A DNA stretch of 64,000 bases, from sequence record DRR723986_6929. One strand, given 5' to 3'. Under the pieces are notes generated by a model that had not been told where the DNA came from, searched no databases, and worked only from the letters and a program-made list of their open reading frames with translations. Position numbers and translations under genes: made by a program. Numbering within the stretch: the stretch's first letter is position 1; each line of letters begins with the position of its first letter. This document shows positions 20,950 through 30,780 of the stretch, in pieces.

Positions 20950-21630
20950 ATGAAGCCTGTTTCCAACATATGCACCTCGTTATATGAGGCCAGAGACCAC
21001 GCTGTGATTGGTGTGAGCCCTTTCAATAGCTATTTTTCCGAAGCTCGACTTACGGACCTGTTTTCATGGGCGAAGCAGCACTTCAATAGTTTCCACGTGT
21101 TCGTGCCCGACGAAGCGACCCGCTACACGCTTGAAGCTGCGGGTTATAGCCAAGCACGGGCAAAGAAAAAAGCCAGACGGCAAGCAAACTATCTTCTGAA
21201 CAAGATCAAGCGGGCGCTATTGAAAACATCTCCCAAACTTGATCTCTCGTTTGTGCTCACAAATGGAGTGCTCAGAAACAATGGCCGCTATAATGCGCTT
21301 CTGGCAAAGGTTGAGCAGCGTTTTGCAACTGACAGGGTGTTCAGGCAGCAATGTCTGGAATGTACCCGCTGGGTCCTTGAAAATCAGGTCGAAGAAATCG
21401 ACACAATTGATGAGGCTGCGTTGTTACATGCTGTTCAGTATTTCCTCGAGGAAATGCCGCTCTTTATGGACAGTGCCAGCATCGTCAGCGCGCACACATC
21501 GGTGTTCTGCTATCATCAATGTCCTGCAGTCTTGCAAGGACTTTATGAGGACCGCTCAGACGGCCTCATAGATGAGCAACAGGGCTTCTTAATAGTCAAA
21601 AAGCCCATGCTGGCAACAAAAGTAACCTAA
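20950..21630 (+). CDS. tRNA-dependent cyclodipeptide synthase (NYH subfamily)
   Basis: HAVIGVSPFNSYF, YFLEEMPLF, CYHQ, QGFLIV; GGAGG RBS. Confidence 0.9.
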   Translation: MKPVSNICTSLYEARDHAVIGVSPFNSYFSEARLTDLFSWAKQHFNSFHVFVPDEATRYTLEAAGYSQARAKKKARRQANYLLNKIKRALLKTSPKLDLSFVLTNGVLRNNGRYNALLAKVEQRFATDRVFRQQCLECTRWVLENQVEEIDTIDEAALLHAVQYFLEEMPLFMDSASIVSAHTSVFCYHQCPAVLQGLYEDRSDGLIDEQQGFLIVKKPMLATKVT

Positions 21631-21664
21631 CACCCATAATATGTAGGGGCGTCTCCGGACGTCT

Positions 21665-22075
21665 CTATTCTTCCAACAAACGATCAATAATAGCGCAGTC
21701 CGGGGTTTCACCGCCGCTGCATTCAGCAGCCATGCCTTCCAGTGCAGCTTGCATTTTGGCGAGGTCGTTGATTTTGCCAGCAATGACACCGGCATTGACG
21801 AGAGCAATATCTCTTACTTCATCGCAAGCGTATGACCCATCAACCATTTCCAATAGCCCTGTCACTTCCTGATTGGTAAAACCGAGTTCGCGCGACCTGC
21901 GGATAAACTTCAATCGCTTCAGATGATCCATTGAATAGCACCGATAGCCAGCTTCTGAGCGCGGCGGATCAGGCATAAGGCCAATTTTCTCATAAAAACG
22001 TATGGTCTCCAAGTTTACGCCAGCCTCTTTCGCCAGCTTGCCTCTCGTGTATTCACGTTTTTGAGATATGGTCAT
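21665..22075 (-). CDS. merR: Mercury-responsive regulator
   Basis: MerR HTH, three Cys, divergent from merTPA. Confidence 0.8.
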   Translation of the reverse strand: MTISQKREYTRGKLAKEAGVNLETIRFYEKIGLMPDPPRSEAGYRCYSMDHLKRLKFIRRSRELGFTNQEVTGLLEMVDGSYACDEVRDIALVNAGVIAGKINDLAKMQAALEGMAAECSGGETPDCAIIDRLLEE

Positions 22076-22082
22076 TTTTCTC

Positions 22083-22113
22083 TTTACCCTGTATTTAATA
22101 CAGGGTGTAGGCT
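22083..22113 (+). promoter_or_regulatory. mer promoter/operator
   Basis: TTTACC-19bp-TAGGCT; perfect dyad ACCCTGTATT-T-AATACAGGGT. Confidence 0.85.
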
Positions 22114-22199
22114 ACATGAAATTCAGCCGTAACGCAAATAGCATTTTGAACGAACACATAGACAAGAATGAAGTTAGTAATCAAAGAAAGACGACAGTA

Positions 22200-22574
22200 A
22201 TGAGTGATGTTAAACAGCCGGTGGACAGTAGCAAAAACTGGAGCACCAGCCTTGGTGCCGTTGGTGCAATATTGGCTTCGTCATGCTGTATTTTACCGTT
22301 TGTCTTCCTGATGCTGGGTGTTAGCGGCTCATGGATTGGCAACCTTACAGTTATGGAGCCTTATAAGGATTATTTTGCATTGATTGCGCTTGGGTTTTTG
22401 GGCGTCGGTTTTTGGCAGGTTTACTTCAAGCCAAAGAAACAATGCGATGAAGGCTACTGTGCAACGCCGAAGTCTGAGCGTGTCATCAAATCGGTTTTAT
22501 GGGTTTCCACAGTGCTGGTTTTGCTGGCGCTGACGGTTGATTTTTGGGCACCGATCCTCGGTGAATATATTTAA
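22200..22574 (+). CDS. merT: Mercuric transport protein
   Basis: ASSCCILP, WIGNLT, C-x4-CA, three TMs. Confidence 0.9.
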   Translation: MSDVKQPVDSSKNWSTSLGAVGAILASSCCILPFVFLMLGVSGSWIGNLTVMEPYKDYFALIALGFLGVGFWQVYFKPKKQCDEGYCATPKSERVIKSVLWVSTVLVLLALTVDFWAPILGEYI

Positions 22575-22589
22575 ACGTAAACAAGGAGA

Positions 22590-22931
22590 ATGAAGATGAA
22601 ACGATTGATCAAAGCATGTGCTATCGCCGTTGTACTCGGCGTGGCTATGCCGGTTACCGCTGTTATGGCGGATGATGCCAGCACGACGACACAGCAAGTT
22701 GCCGAAAAGAAAGTAACTTTCGATATTGAAAAAATGACCTGCGCCATGTGCCCGATCACAGTGCGCAAAGCGATGGAGAAGGTTGACGGTGTTTTATCTG
22801 TTGTAACTGATTATGACGCCAGAACAGCAGTTGTGACTTTTGACCCGGCAAAGGCAAATGTTGAAGCTATTGCCAAGGCCTCTGAAAATGCCGGTTACCC
22901 TGCTATTCTCGATGATAGCCAAGGCTCATAA
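22590..22931 (+). CDS. merP: Periplasmic mercury-binding protein
   Basis: Signal peptide, MTCAMCPITV. Confidence 0.9.
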   Translation: MKMKRLIKACAIAVVLGVAMPVTAVMADDASTTTQQVAEKKVTFDIEKMTCAMCPITVRKAMEKVDGVLSVVTDYDARTAVVTFDPAKANVEAIAKASENAGYPAILDDSQGS

Positions 22932-22933
22932 AT

Positions 22934-24379
22934 ATGGCGTTTGACAGACCAGAGAGCAGTTGCTGCTCACCGGAAAACACCGAAACCAAAACAAGTGTTA
23001 TGGTGATTGGTGCTGGCTCGGCAGGATTCTCAGCCGCAATTACGGCTGCAGAAGCAGGTGCAGTGGTAACACTTGTCGGCGCGGGCACCATTGGCGGCAC
23101 CTGCGTTAACGTTGGCTGTGTGCCGTCTAAAACCATGATCCGGGCTGTTGAAGCGCTTTATCAGGCCCCTCATGCCGCACGGTTTAATGGCATCACCTCC
23201 ACGGCTAAGGTGCTCGACTGGCAGGCCGTTGTCGCGCACAAGCAACAGCTTGTGGAAGAGTTACGCCAAGCCAAATATATTGACGTTCTGCCTGCCCATC
23301 CAGACGTGCATTATATAGAAGGTCGCGCACAGCTTACTGAAGACGGCGTTATGGTCGACGGCAAGCTTCATACGCCTGACAAGATTATCATAGCCACGGG
23401 TTCATCAAACATGGTGCCTCCGATCCCCGGTATTGAAACGGTTGATCATCTGGACAGTACGTCGGCCCTCGACCTTGAAACCCTCCCGAGTTCCATGATC
23501 ATCATTGGCGGCGGTGTAATCGGATGCGAACTTGGTCAAATGTTTGCCCGTGCTGGCGTTAAGGTCACAATATGCTGTCGCAGTCGTTTGGTGCCAGATA
23601 TGGAGCCCGAGATTAGCCAAGCTCTGCAAACCTATCTGGAGGCTGAAGGCATCACTGTATGCGCTGGCATTGGCTACCAAGCGATTGAACAGCACGGCGA
23701 CGGCATTAGGCTTCACTGTGAAAACAAAGGTCAGGCCAATATACTTGAGGCGGAAAAAGTTTTACTGGCCGCTGGGCGCAAACCAAACACGGCTGGCCTT
23801 GGACTTGAAGACGCGAGCGTTTCACTTGCCAGGAACGGCGGTATTGAAGTTGACGCTTTGATGCGCTCGACCAATCCCAATATTTATGCCGCTGGCGATG
23901 TTACGGGCACGGATATGTTTGTTTATATGGCGGCCTACGGAGCAAAGCTCGCCGCCCAGAATGCAACAGGCAGTGACACGCGGCCCTATAATAATGCTGC
24001 CATGCCTTCGGTTGTTTTTACTGACCCGCAAGTCAGCAGCGTTGGCCTGACGGAATCTCAGACTAAAGAGCAAGGCCACAGTGTGAAAACAAGCGTGATC
24101 ACGCTTGACCATGTACCGCGCTATCTGGCGGCGCGCGATACACGTGGTTTGATCAAGCTTATAGCTGACAGGGAGACGGACAAACTGCTGGGAGCCCATA
24201 TATTGGCACCCGAAGGCGGCGAACTCATTCAAACCGCTGTGATTGCCTTAAAGGCTAACATGACCGCAACAGAGCTGGGACAGACCATATTCCCGTACCT
24301 TACAGGGGTTGAAGGGCTCAAACTGGCCGCACAAACCTTCGATAAGGATGTCAGTACGCTATCTTGCTGCGCCGGATAA
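22934..24379 (+). CDS. merA: Mercuric reductase (no NmerA domain)
   Basis: GGTCVNVGCVPSK, C-terminal LSCCAG. Confidence 0.95.
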   Translation: MAFDRPESSCCSPENTETKTSVMVIGAGSAGFSAAITAAEAGAVVTLVGAGTIGGTCVNVGCVPSKTMIRAVEALYQAPHAARFNGITSTAKVLDWQAVVAHKQQLVEELRQAKYIDVLPAHPDVHYIEGRAQLTEDGVMVDGKLHTPDKIIIATGSSNMVPPIPGIETVDHLDSTSALDLETLPSSMIIIGGGVIGCELGQMFARAGVKVTICCRSRLVPDMEPEISQALQTYLEAEGITVCAGIGYQAIEQHGDGIRLHCENKGQANILEAEKVLLAAGRKPNTAGLGLEDASVSLARNGGIEVDALMRSTNPNIYAAGDVTGTDMFVYMAAYGAKLAAQNATGSDTRPYNNAAMPSVVFTDPQVSSVGLTESQTKEQGHSVKTSVITLDHVPRYLAARDTRGLIKLIADRETDKLLGAHILAPEGGELIQTAVIALKANMTATELGQTIFPYLTGVEGLKLAAQTFDKDVSTLSCCAG

Positions 24380-24422
24380 AAGCTGAACCTAAATAACAAA
24401 ACCTCAAACCGAGAAGAAACTG

Positions 24423-24965
24423 ATGGCGACCACCGACCTTAAACTTGAAGAGCAAGGAAGCCTGGCCAAGCCGGGACCGATTGGCCGTCTTGTCAGGCTT
24501 GCATTGGGGTTGCTTTGCATCTCGTATGTTTATGGGCTTTGGCAACTGCAGGGTGATTTCTTAACAGAAGCTGGTTCGATCAGGCCGCTCGTGTGGAACG
24601 GTATTTTACCAAGCTTGTTTTTGATCAGCTATGCTATCAACATCGGCTTTTCCCGCGCATGGAAAAAGTGGCCTGCAATCATAAGTCTTTTATTCCTCAC
24701 AGGCATCGCTGTGTTGGGATACATGCAGTCCGGCTCAATTGGAACAGTGTTATTGGCAAAGACAATTCACTGGTGGGAGCTATATCTCTACACGCATCTT
24801 GGTCTGGCTTTCGTTCTGTCAGCAACAATCGCGACTCCCGGCTGTGAGATGCGGGCGTTTCATCACCTGTATTCGCTAATAACCGGCACTTCCACCAAAG
24901 AGCACCACTGTCCGGTTGGGCCGCTCCAGCCTATTGATCGGTGGGAGGCAACACGGCTGAGCTAA
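24423..24965 (+). CDS. Membrane protein downstream of merA
   Basis: About four TMs; TPGCEMRA and HHCPVG. Confidence 0.65.
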   Translation: MATTDLKLEEQGSLAKPGPIGRLVRLALGLLCISYVYGLWQLQGDFLTEAGSIRPLVWNGILPSLFLISYAINIGFSRAWKKWPAIISLLFLTGIAVLGYMQSGSIGTVLLAKTIHWWELYLYTHLGLAFVLSATIATPGCEMRAFHHLYSLITGTSTKEHHCPVGPLQPIDRWEATRLS

Positions 24966-25453
24966 TCTTTTATCATTGAGGTCGAACAAGTTTGACATTT
25001 GGTTCGCGGGAACCATCTACGGCTTGATTGGTCGCGTTAGCATCATAAGGCTAAATACAACCAAACGGGGTGATTGGACAAACTGCGTCGACTATTTTCG
25101 AGTTTGTTTCGACGTTCATGCAATCGCTCCAGCATTTTTTCAATACATGAGGACATAAGCTCAAACAGTGCAATTAGCGATTGCTTGAGCTGAGGTAAAT
25201 GCATCGACACCTGGCACCAAAACAGGCTTGATTTTTCTCGTCGTCTCAAGCGAAAAAAGCGAAACAGCGCTCAAAACTCTTTCATAAAATTTCCAATAGG
25301 GGAAAAGCCTTTCCCCTGACCTCAGTCAGCGCAAATGCGCAGTCTTCGCTACCCCTTTCGAGCGGGGACACCCCGCAACGCCCCGCGAAGCTTCCCAAGT
25401 TCATATGACGATCGCTACCGGTCATCGCAGTCCCTGCGATGTCTTTGTTTGAA

Positions 25454-25632
25454 TTCTTTCCCACGGCGGAGCGGGCTTCACCTCCCTTGTAGGGGCAAGC
25501 GGCCCTGCAGCAACCGTCAAGGGTCAACAAGGTTCAACAATACGCTACCCCGCAACCCAGACAATTGCAGCAGTTCCTGATGCTTGCCCCTCCGAGGAGG
25601 TTTCAAGAAGCCCCCTCCGCAGGGGGAAAGAA
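25454..25632. promoter_or_regulatory. Long imperfect hairpin upstream of ardC (ssDNA promoter/ssi-like)
   Basis: 25454-25500 pairs with 25582-25632. Confidence 0.5.
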
Positions 25633-25661
25633 CGGCGGTTTTTTGGACGGAGGGTTAGGCT

Positions 25662-26380
25662 ATGCCAGAGATAATCAGGAAAGAGATAAACAATAAAGAG
25701 ATAAACCCGAGAGAGCAAAACGGGAAAGAAAAAAGTCGAAAAGACGCAAGCCAATCAGATACGTCAAAGCTGACGGTTTATAGCGAGGTCACGGGCCGGA
25801 TTATCGCTGAACTGGAAGCCGGTCGGGTGCCATGGGTTCAACCGTGGTCGAGCACCTCGCACGGGGCACGCGTGGGCTTGCCGGTCAATGCCCAGACGGG
25901 CAAAACCTATAGCGGCATCAATATTTTGCTGCTTTGGGGTCAAGTGCTGAAGCGCGATTTTTCGGCACAAAGCTGGCTCACCTACAGGCAAGCCCAAACG
26001 CTCGGCGGCAATGTGCGCAAGGGCGAAACATCAACAACCATTGTATATGCCGACAGCTTTACCCCCAAAGATGAACGTAAAGCCGCATGGGAAGAAGGTC
26101 GCGATCCGCAGCGCATCCCGTTCCTCAAGCGCTACCGGGTTTTCAATCTCGATCAATGCGACGGTCTGCCCCGCGATCTCTACGCCCAAGCACCCGACCT
26201 GCCCCCATGCGAGCAACTGCCCATCGCTGAAAAGCTGATCAAGGCAACCGCCGCAGATTTCAGGATTGGCGGCAACCGCGCCTTTTATGTACCGAGCGAA
26301 GACTATATCCAAGTGCCGCCGCAACCACTTTTCCACGCCCAAATCGACTATTACCGCACCTGTTTTCACGAATTGGGCCA
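25662..26380 (+). pseudogene. ardC: ArdC antirestriction protein, 5' part (interrupted)
   Basis: PWVQPW, YSGINILLL, WLTYRQA, VFNLDQ, ends FHELGH at insertion. Confidence 0.9.
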
Positions 26381-26405
26381 TAATGCCGCGCTTCGGATTA
26401 TGCCG
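26379..26405. repeat. RIT left inverted repeat
   Basis: CATAATGCCGCGCTTCGGATTATGCCG. Confidence 0.9.
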
Positions 26406-26463
26406 CGCTGACCCATCAATCTTTCGGTAACATAGATCTTTCAGCGCGGCACATCGGCATAAT

Positions 26464-27462
26464 CTACAGGGCCTCCAAGAACGACAACAGCTCGTCGCCG
26501 GGTCGATAACGCCCATTTGGAGCATTGACAGGTTTCGTCAAAGCCATCGCTTTTTCCTTCAGTTCGATATCAGCGTGGATATAGACCTGCGTCGTCTCGA
26601 CGGATTCATGGCCCAGCCAAAGGGCGATGATGGTTCGATCTACACCGCTTTGTAGAAGCTGCATTGCAGCAGTGTGGCGCAGAACATGTGGTGTGACGCG
26701 CTTCAATCTAAGGGTCGTGCTATTCAGCGCTGCCTTGGCCGCATTTTTCCGAACAATTCGCTCAATCGCGTCCCTGCTCAAAGGCGTGCCTCGGATCGTC
26801 GCAAACAGCGGATCGTTGGATGCCGCACAGGTTTCGGCCAACCACACTTTCAATGCGTTTCGGCTGTCTGTCCTTAGAGGTGTTGCGCGCTCCTTTCGGC
26901 CTTTGCCCACGCATCTGACATGAGACCCCGTTCCGAGTTCAACATCAGCCACGCGCAGGCCGATCAATTCCGAGACACGCAAGCCCGTCTGGAGCGTGGT
27001 CAGCAGTAGGACCCGATCACGCCGACCGAACCAAGTCGACTGATCGGGTGCCTTCAGCAATGCCTCCATCTCATCGCGTGTCAGAAAGTCCACAACACGT
27101 TTTTCGTGCCGCTTGGACGGCATCGCCAGCACCCTTTGGCAATGATGCAACAATTGAGGTTCACAACCTGCCACATATTTGAAGAATGACCGAATGGCGG
27201 CAAGGCGCGTGTTTCGACTTCGTGCGCTATTGCCTCGTTCTTCTTCGCAAAAAGTTAAAAAATCCCCGATGATGTCGGCGTCGATATGTGCAACATGTAG
27301 GTCTGTTGGGGGCCGCTTGGTTTGCGCTTCCGCGTATTTGAGCAAGAGCCTGAAGGTGTCACGATAGCTGGCAATCGTGTTCGGGCTTGCCTGCATTTGC
27401 GTCAAGAGCCGCTCGGTAAAGAACCGTTGCACGAACACTGGCAATGGATAGGTCGCAATCAT
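26464..27462 (-). CDS. ritC: RIT tyrosine recombinase C
   Basis: TGLRVSE, HVLRH, LGH..TTQVY. Confidence 0.9.
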   Translation of the reverse strand: MIATYPLPVFVQRFFTERLLTQMQASPNTIASYRDTFRLLLKYAEAQTKRPPTDLHVAHIDADIIGDFLTFCEEERGNSARSRNTRLAAIRSFFKYVAGCEPQLLHHCQRVLAMPSKRHEKRVVDFLTRDEMEALLKAPDQSTWFGRRDRVLLLTTLQTGLRVSELIGLRVADVELGTGSHVRCVGKGRKERATPLRTDSRNALKVWLAETCAASNDPLFATIRGTPLSRDAIERIVRKNAAKAALNSTTLRLKRVTPHVLRHTAAMQLLQSGVDRTIIALWLGHESVETTQVYIHADIELKEKAMALTKPVNAPNGRYRPGDELLSFLEAL

Positions 27463-28403
27463 GATGCATCCTCCAAAACCCGCTGTTCGGCCCGCGCGGC
27501 GGCGAGCTGCATGAGTTCTGGCACGGCTTCGATGTACCAGAATGTGTGCTCCGGCTTAGAGTGTCCGAGATACGTGCTGAGCTTGTACATTTCGCATTCA
27601 ATGTCCCTGCCATCGCGGAACCAATCCAGAATGGTGTGGACGGCAAAGCTATGTCTCAAATCGTGAATGCGAGGTCCGTGACCGTGGCGGTTGAAGGATT
27701 GAGGGGATCGCAACCCGATATTTTGGCTAACTTGCGCGAAGTTGTAACGCGCCCCGCAATCGCCAGCCGGTTCACCATCTTCCTTGATGAAGAACCGTCG
27801 CGACTGATCGTCGACCAACCGATCTCTCAAATTGGCATAGGATGCTAGCCGCGTGGCGGTATCCTTGTTGATCGGAAGCTGTCGATCTTTTCCGTTCTTG
27901 GTGTTCCTGACGACCAGAACAGCGTTGTCCAGATCAATATCATGTTGATCCAAAGACAGTGCTTCATTGACCCGCATTCCTGTCACAGCGATCAATCCGA
28001 AGAGGGTTTGCCACAATGCAGCCCGCAGGCCATACGGTGACGTTAGTCGACCGGCCTCAGCGACGATATCTGCAATTTGCTTGGGTGCATATATGTACGG
28101 GACACGCCTTCTATAGCGGCCTGCAACAAGCTGGCTGGGCGGGATCTCGGTCTCATCGTCGTGTTCCGCAAGCCAGAAGGCAAATCTACGAACCATGCCG
28201 AGGCGACCAAACCACGTGTTGTTGTCCGCACTGCCATAGTTCTCTTTCCAGTCGAGGAACAAGGTTGTTGAGATCAGATGACGCCCGCTCTCATCGCCGT
28301 AAGTCGCGAACTTGCGTAGGACTCGTTCTTCGAAAGATAGGTCAAAACCCATCGCGCGGCGCAGTGCCAGATATTCGTCAAGCCGTTGTGAGAGCGTCTT
28401 CAT
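27459..28403 (-). CDS. ritB: RIT tyrosine recombinase B
   Basis: TGMRVNE, HDLRH, LSTYLGH..TFWY. Confidence 0.9.
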   Translation of the reverse strand: MKTLSQRLDEYLALRRAMGFDLSFEERVLRKFATYGDESGRHLISTTLFLDWKENYGSADNNTWFGRLGMVRRFAFWLAEHDDETEIPPSQLVAGRYRRRVPYIYAPKQIADIVAEAGRLTSPYGLRAALWQTLFGLIAVTGMRVNEALSLDQHDIDLDNAVLVVRNTKNGKDRQLPINKDTATRLASYANLRDRLVDDQSRRFFIKEDGEPAGDCGARYNFAQVSQNIGLRSPQSFNRHGHGPRIHDLRHSFAVHTILDWFRDGRDIECEMYKLSTYLGHSKPEHTFWYIEAVPELMQLAAARAEQRVLEDAS

Positions 28404-29647
28404 TGCACGTCCCCCGCAGTTGGCCAAGGGCGCGAGATTGAGCCCAGGGCATCCACATCGTGTTGCGCATAAATCGTCGTGGTCAGCGGAGACCGGTGAC
28501 GCAGCACGTCCCCAATGTCAGAGAGCGATGCACCCTTACGCAACATGTCAGTGGCAAGGCTGTGTCGTAGAATATGGGTGCCGATATAGGCTTGTGGCGG
28601 GCTGATTCCTGTTGCGTCATAAGCGTCACGCAAAATCCAGCGCAGGATTTGAGCATCCTTAAACCTCTTGAATGGCGGTTTTACCGAGACAAACAACGCA
28701 CGGGCCTGCCCCCGGCGTTCGTTCTGAATGTAATCCACAATCGCTTCGCCAACCTCTGCGGACATCGGCATCCGGTCTTGCAACTGTCCTTTGCCCCGGA
28801 TCAGTATCTCACCCGCACGCCAATCGATGTCATCTAACTCTATCGCTGTCACCTCTGGGGCTCGAAGGCCCAGACGGGCGATAAGCATCAGCATTGCATA
28901 GTTGCGTCGGCCTGTTTTCTTGTGACCTCGAACCACATCTAACAGGCGGTTGACTTGGTCTGGCTCGAGATATCGGGGGATGCCGGTCGGCTTTGGTTGC
29001 CGCGCCTTTGGCACCGATTTGCTCAGGTTCCGTTCTGTTTTTCCGCTCCAAAACAAGAATTGGAAGAGATTGCGAAGATGTGACGGACCAGTTTTGTCGC
29101 GCGGCGCATTTTGCTCTTCGCGTAGTCGGAGAATGAAGCCCGATATGTCGTCGGGTTTGATCGCATTCAAATCACCCAAACCCATACCGAATTTTGCAGT
29201 CAAAAAACGCTCGTAGAAGCGAAGGCAATGATAGATCGTATCGCTGGACAGCCCACGCTGAACGCGGAGATAGGTCTCGTACTCGCGTTTAAGGCAGGCT
29301 CTAGGGGTCATGTCCAACGGAGGGGGCAGACGTGTAGGGGCATCTGCGTTCTCAATCAAATAGTCCCTGAACCGATTCAGGCGGTATCGACAATGTTTTT
29401 GGTCTTTCGGAGAAGCGGCGTTGATGATCGGCAAGGCAAGTTGGTCCATGCGGTCATTGGTCAAATCAGCGGGACCAAGCTTGGCCGCATCCATTACAGA
29501 CCAAAGGGTCCCGGCTGTGGTGCCGTATTTGGCAACGGAACCCTGACTGTAACCCTCAGCCTCAATCTGTGACGCGAAGCGCTCCGAGTGGTTGCCCGTG
29601 TGCTTACTTGTCTTCGTCGGGCGATCTGATTGCGTGTCGTTTTCCAT
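28400..29647 (-). CDS. ritA: RIT tyrosine recombinase A
   Basis: LGLRAPE, HILRH, LRH..TTIY. Confidence 0.9.
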   Translation of the reverse strand: MENDTQSDRPTKTSKHTGNHSERFASQIEAEGYSQGSVAKYGTTAGTLWSVMDAAKLGPADLTNDRMDQLALPIINAASPKDQKHCRYRLNRFRDYLIENADAPTRLPPPLDMTPRACLKREYETYLRVQRGLSSDTIYHCLRFYERFLTAKFGMGLGDLNAIKPDDISGFILRLREEQNAPRDKTGPSHLRNLFQFLFWSGKTERNLSKSVPKARQPKPTGIPRYLEPDQVNRLLDVVRGHKKTGRRNYAMLMLIARLGLRAPEVTAIELDDIDWRAGEILIRGKGQLQDRMPMSAEVGEAIVDYIQNERRGQARALFVSVKPPFKRFKDAQILRWILRDAYDATGISPPQAYIGTHILRHSLATDMLRKGASLSDIGDVLRHRSPLTTTIYAQHDVDALGSISRPWPTAGDVQ

Positions 29648-29992
29648 AGGTATTTCCTTCATTTGGTTGAAGGGTAAACTTATCACAGATCACGAATGCA
29701 GACGCTCAGCGCGTGAACTTGGAGGTGCACACTGCGGACGAAGCGGACATCCTCAGTTCATACTTGAACGTCTGGATTTCGCCAGAAGCGGAAGGTCATC
29801 GGAGTCAAAATCACGACAGTTGAAAGGCTCGAACCGACCCAACGCGGACAGTTTTAATCCCCGGTATAAGGGTGTGTGTGGGCAAAAACATTTAACCCAT
29901 GTGCCAAATAAAAAAGCCACCGCTCGTCTGTGCTTATTTGTTTAGGCATTCCTTGGATTTCAAACCTATCAATACCAGGATTTGCTTAAATA

Positions 29993-30424
29993 TCAGTAAG
30001 GATTTGCTTTGTGGCAACTGATACAGGCACCAGTAACGCGGCCTGCCATATAGTAACGTTCTCTCTGAGCATACCGTATAGCCATATCCACATCAGAAAG
30101 GAATTCATCCATTCCGTCTGCCAAGAACTCATGCCTGGAACGGATGTCACCGTATCTTAGGTTCCTTCCGATACGCTCAATTCTATTAAGGCTATCAATA
30201 ACGGATTGCTGAAAAAATGGGGTCTCATCATATTCGTCTGAAAGAGCGCCATCGAGCCTTTGTAGTGCATATGCAAGCTGGTGCATACCCGAGCGTAATT
30301 CCTCGCCGTCCTCGTAATCAAAAGCAGGAGGGTTTGCGACCTGAGGAAAACTGCCATTATTGCTTGCGCACCCCGCTAAGGTTAGACACATGCAAGCGCC
30401 TATGGATAAAGACAAATATTTCAT
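29993..30424 (-). CDS. Lipoprotein cytochrome c'-like (four-helix) protein
   Basis: LAGC lipobox; C-terminal CISCH. Confidence 0.7.
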   Translation of the reverse strand: MKYLSLSIGACMCLTLAGCASNNGSFPQVANPPAFDYEDGEELRSGMHQLAYALQRLDGALSDEYDETPFFQQSVIDSLNRIERIGRNLRYGDIRSRHEFLADGMDEFLSDVDMAIRYAQRERYYMAGRVTGACISCHKANPY

Positions 30425-30712
30425 ATCAAACGCTCTACCTGTTTATGTTGAACTCCAAGCCTATTAAAACACAAATGGTGTGAAATTACTGCTCGATAAA
30501 AGGTTTAGGGGCGCCTTACGGCCTGCATGAACACTCTACCCACCAACCTTACTGTCCGCTCATGGCGAGAAGCGCATTTAGTACGGGTGGTAGTGTCGTT
30601 AACTCAAAAAAAAAGTGACCGGGCGCATCTGTGGGAAGGATGACCTGCTTACAGGAGAGAAAACGGGATTTTCTCGTCGCCCGATCACTAGCTGGGTAGA
30701 CTAACAAATAAT

Positions 30713-30728
30713 TGTTTCCATGGAAACA
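30713..30728. promoter_or_regulatory. Candidate MarR operator 1
   Basis: Perfect palindrome TGTTTCCATGGAAACA. Confidence 0.6.
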
Positions 30729-30780
30729 TATAATTGATATGACCATGTGGTGACGCATTTTTCCAAATATCGAGGTGTAA

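Noticed and set aside
26381-26411. ardC ending NAALRIMPR as a complete gene
   Set aside because: Tail is read-through into the RIT inverted repeat; the real C-terminus resumes at about 36666
26464-29647. Integron integrase or prophage
   Set aside because: Trio arrangement and IRs fit RIT; no attC array or phage structural genes seen
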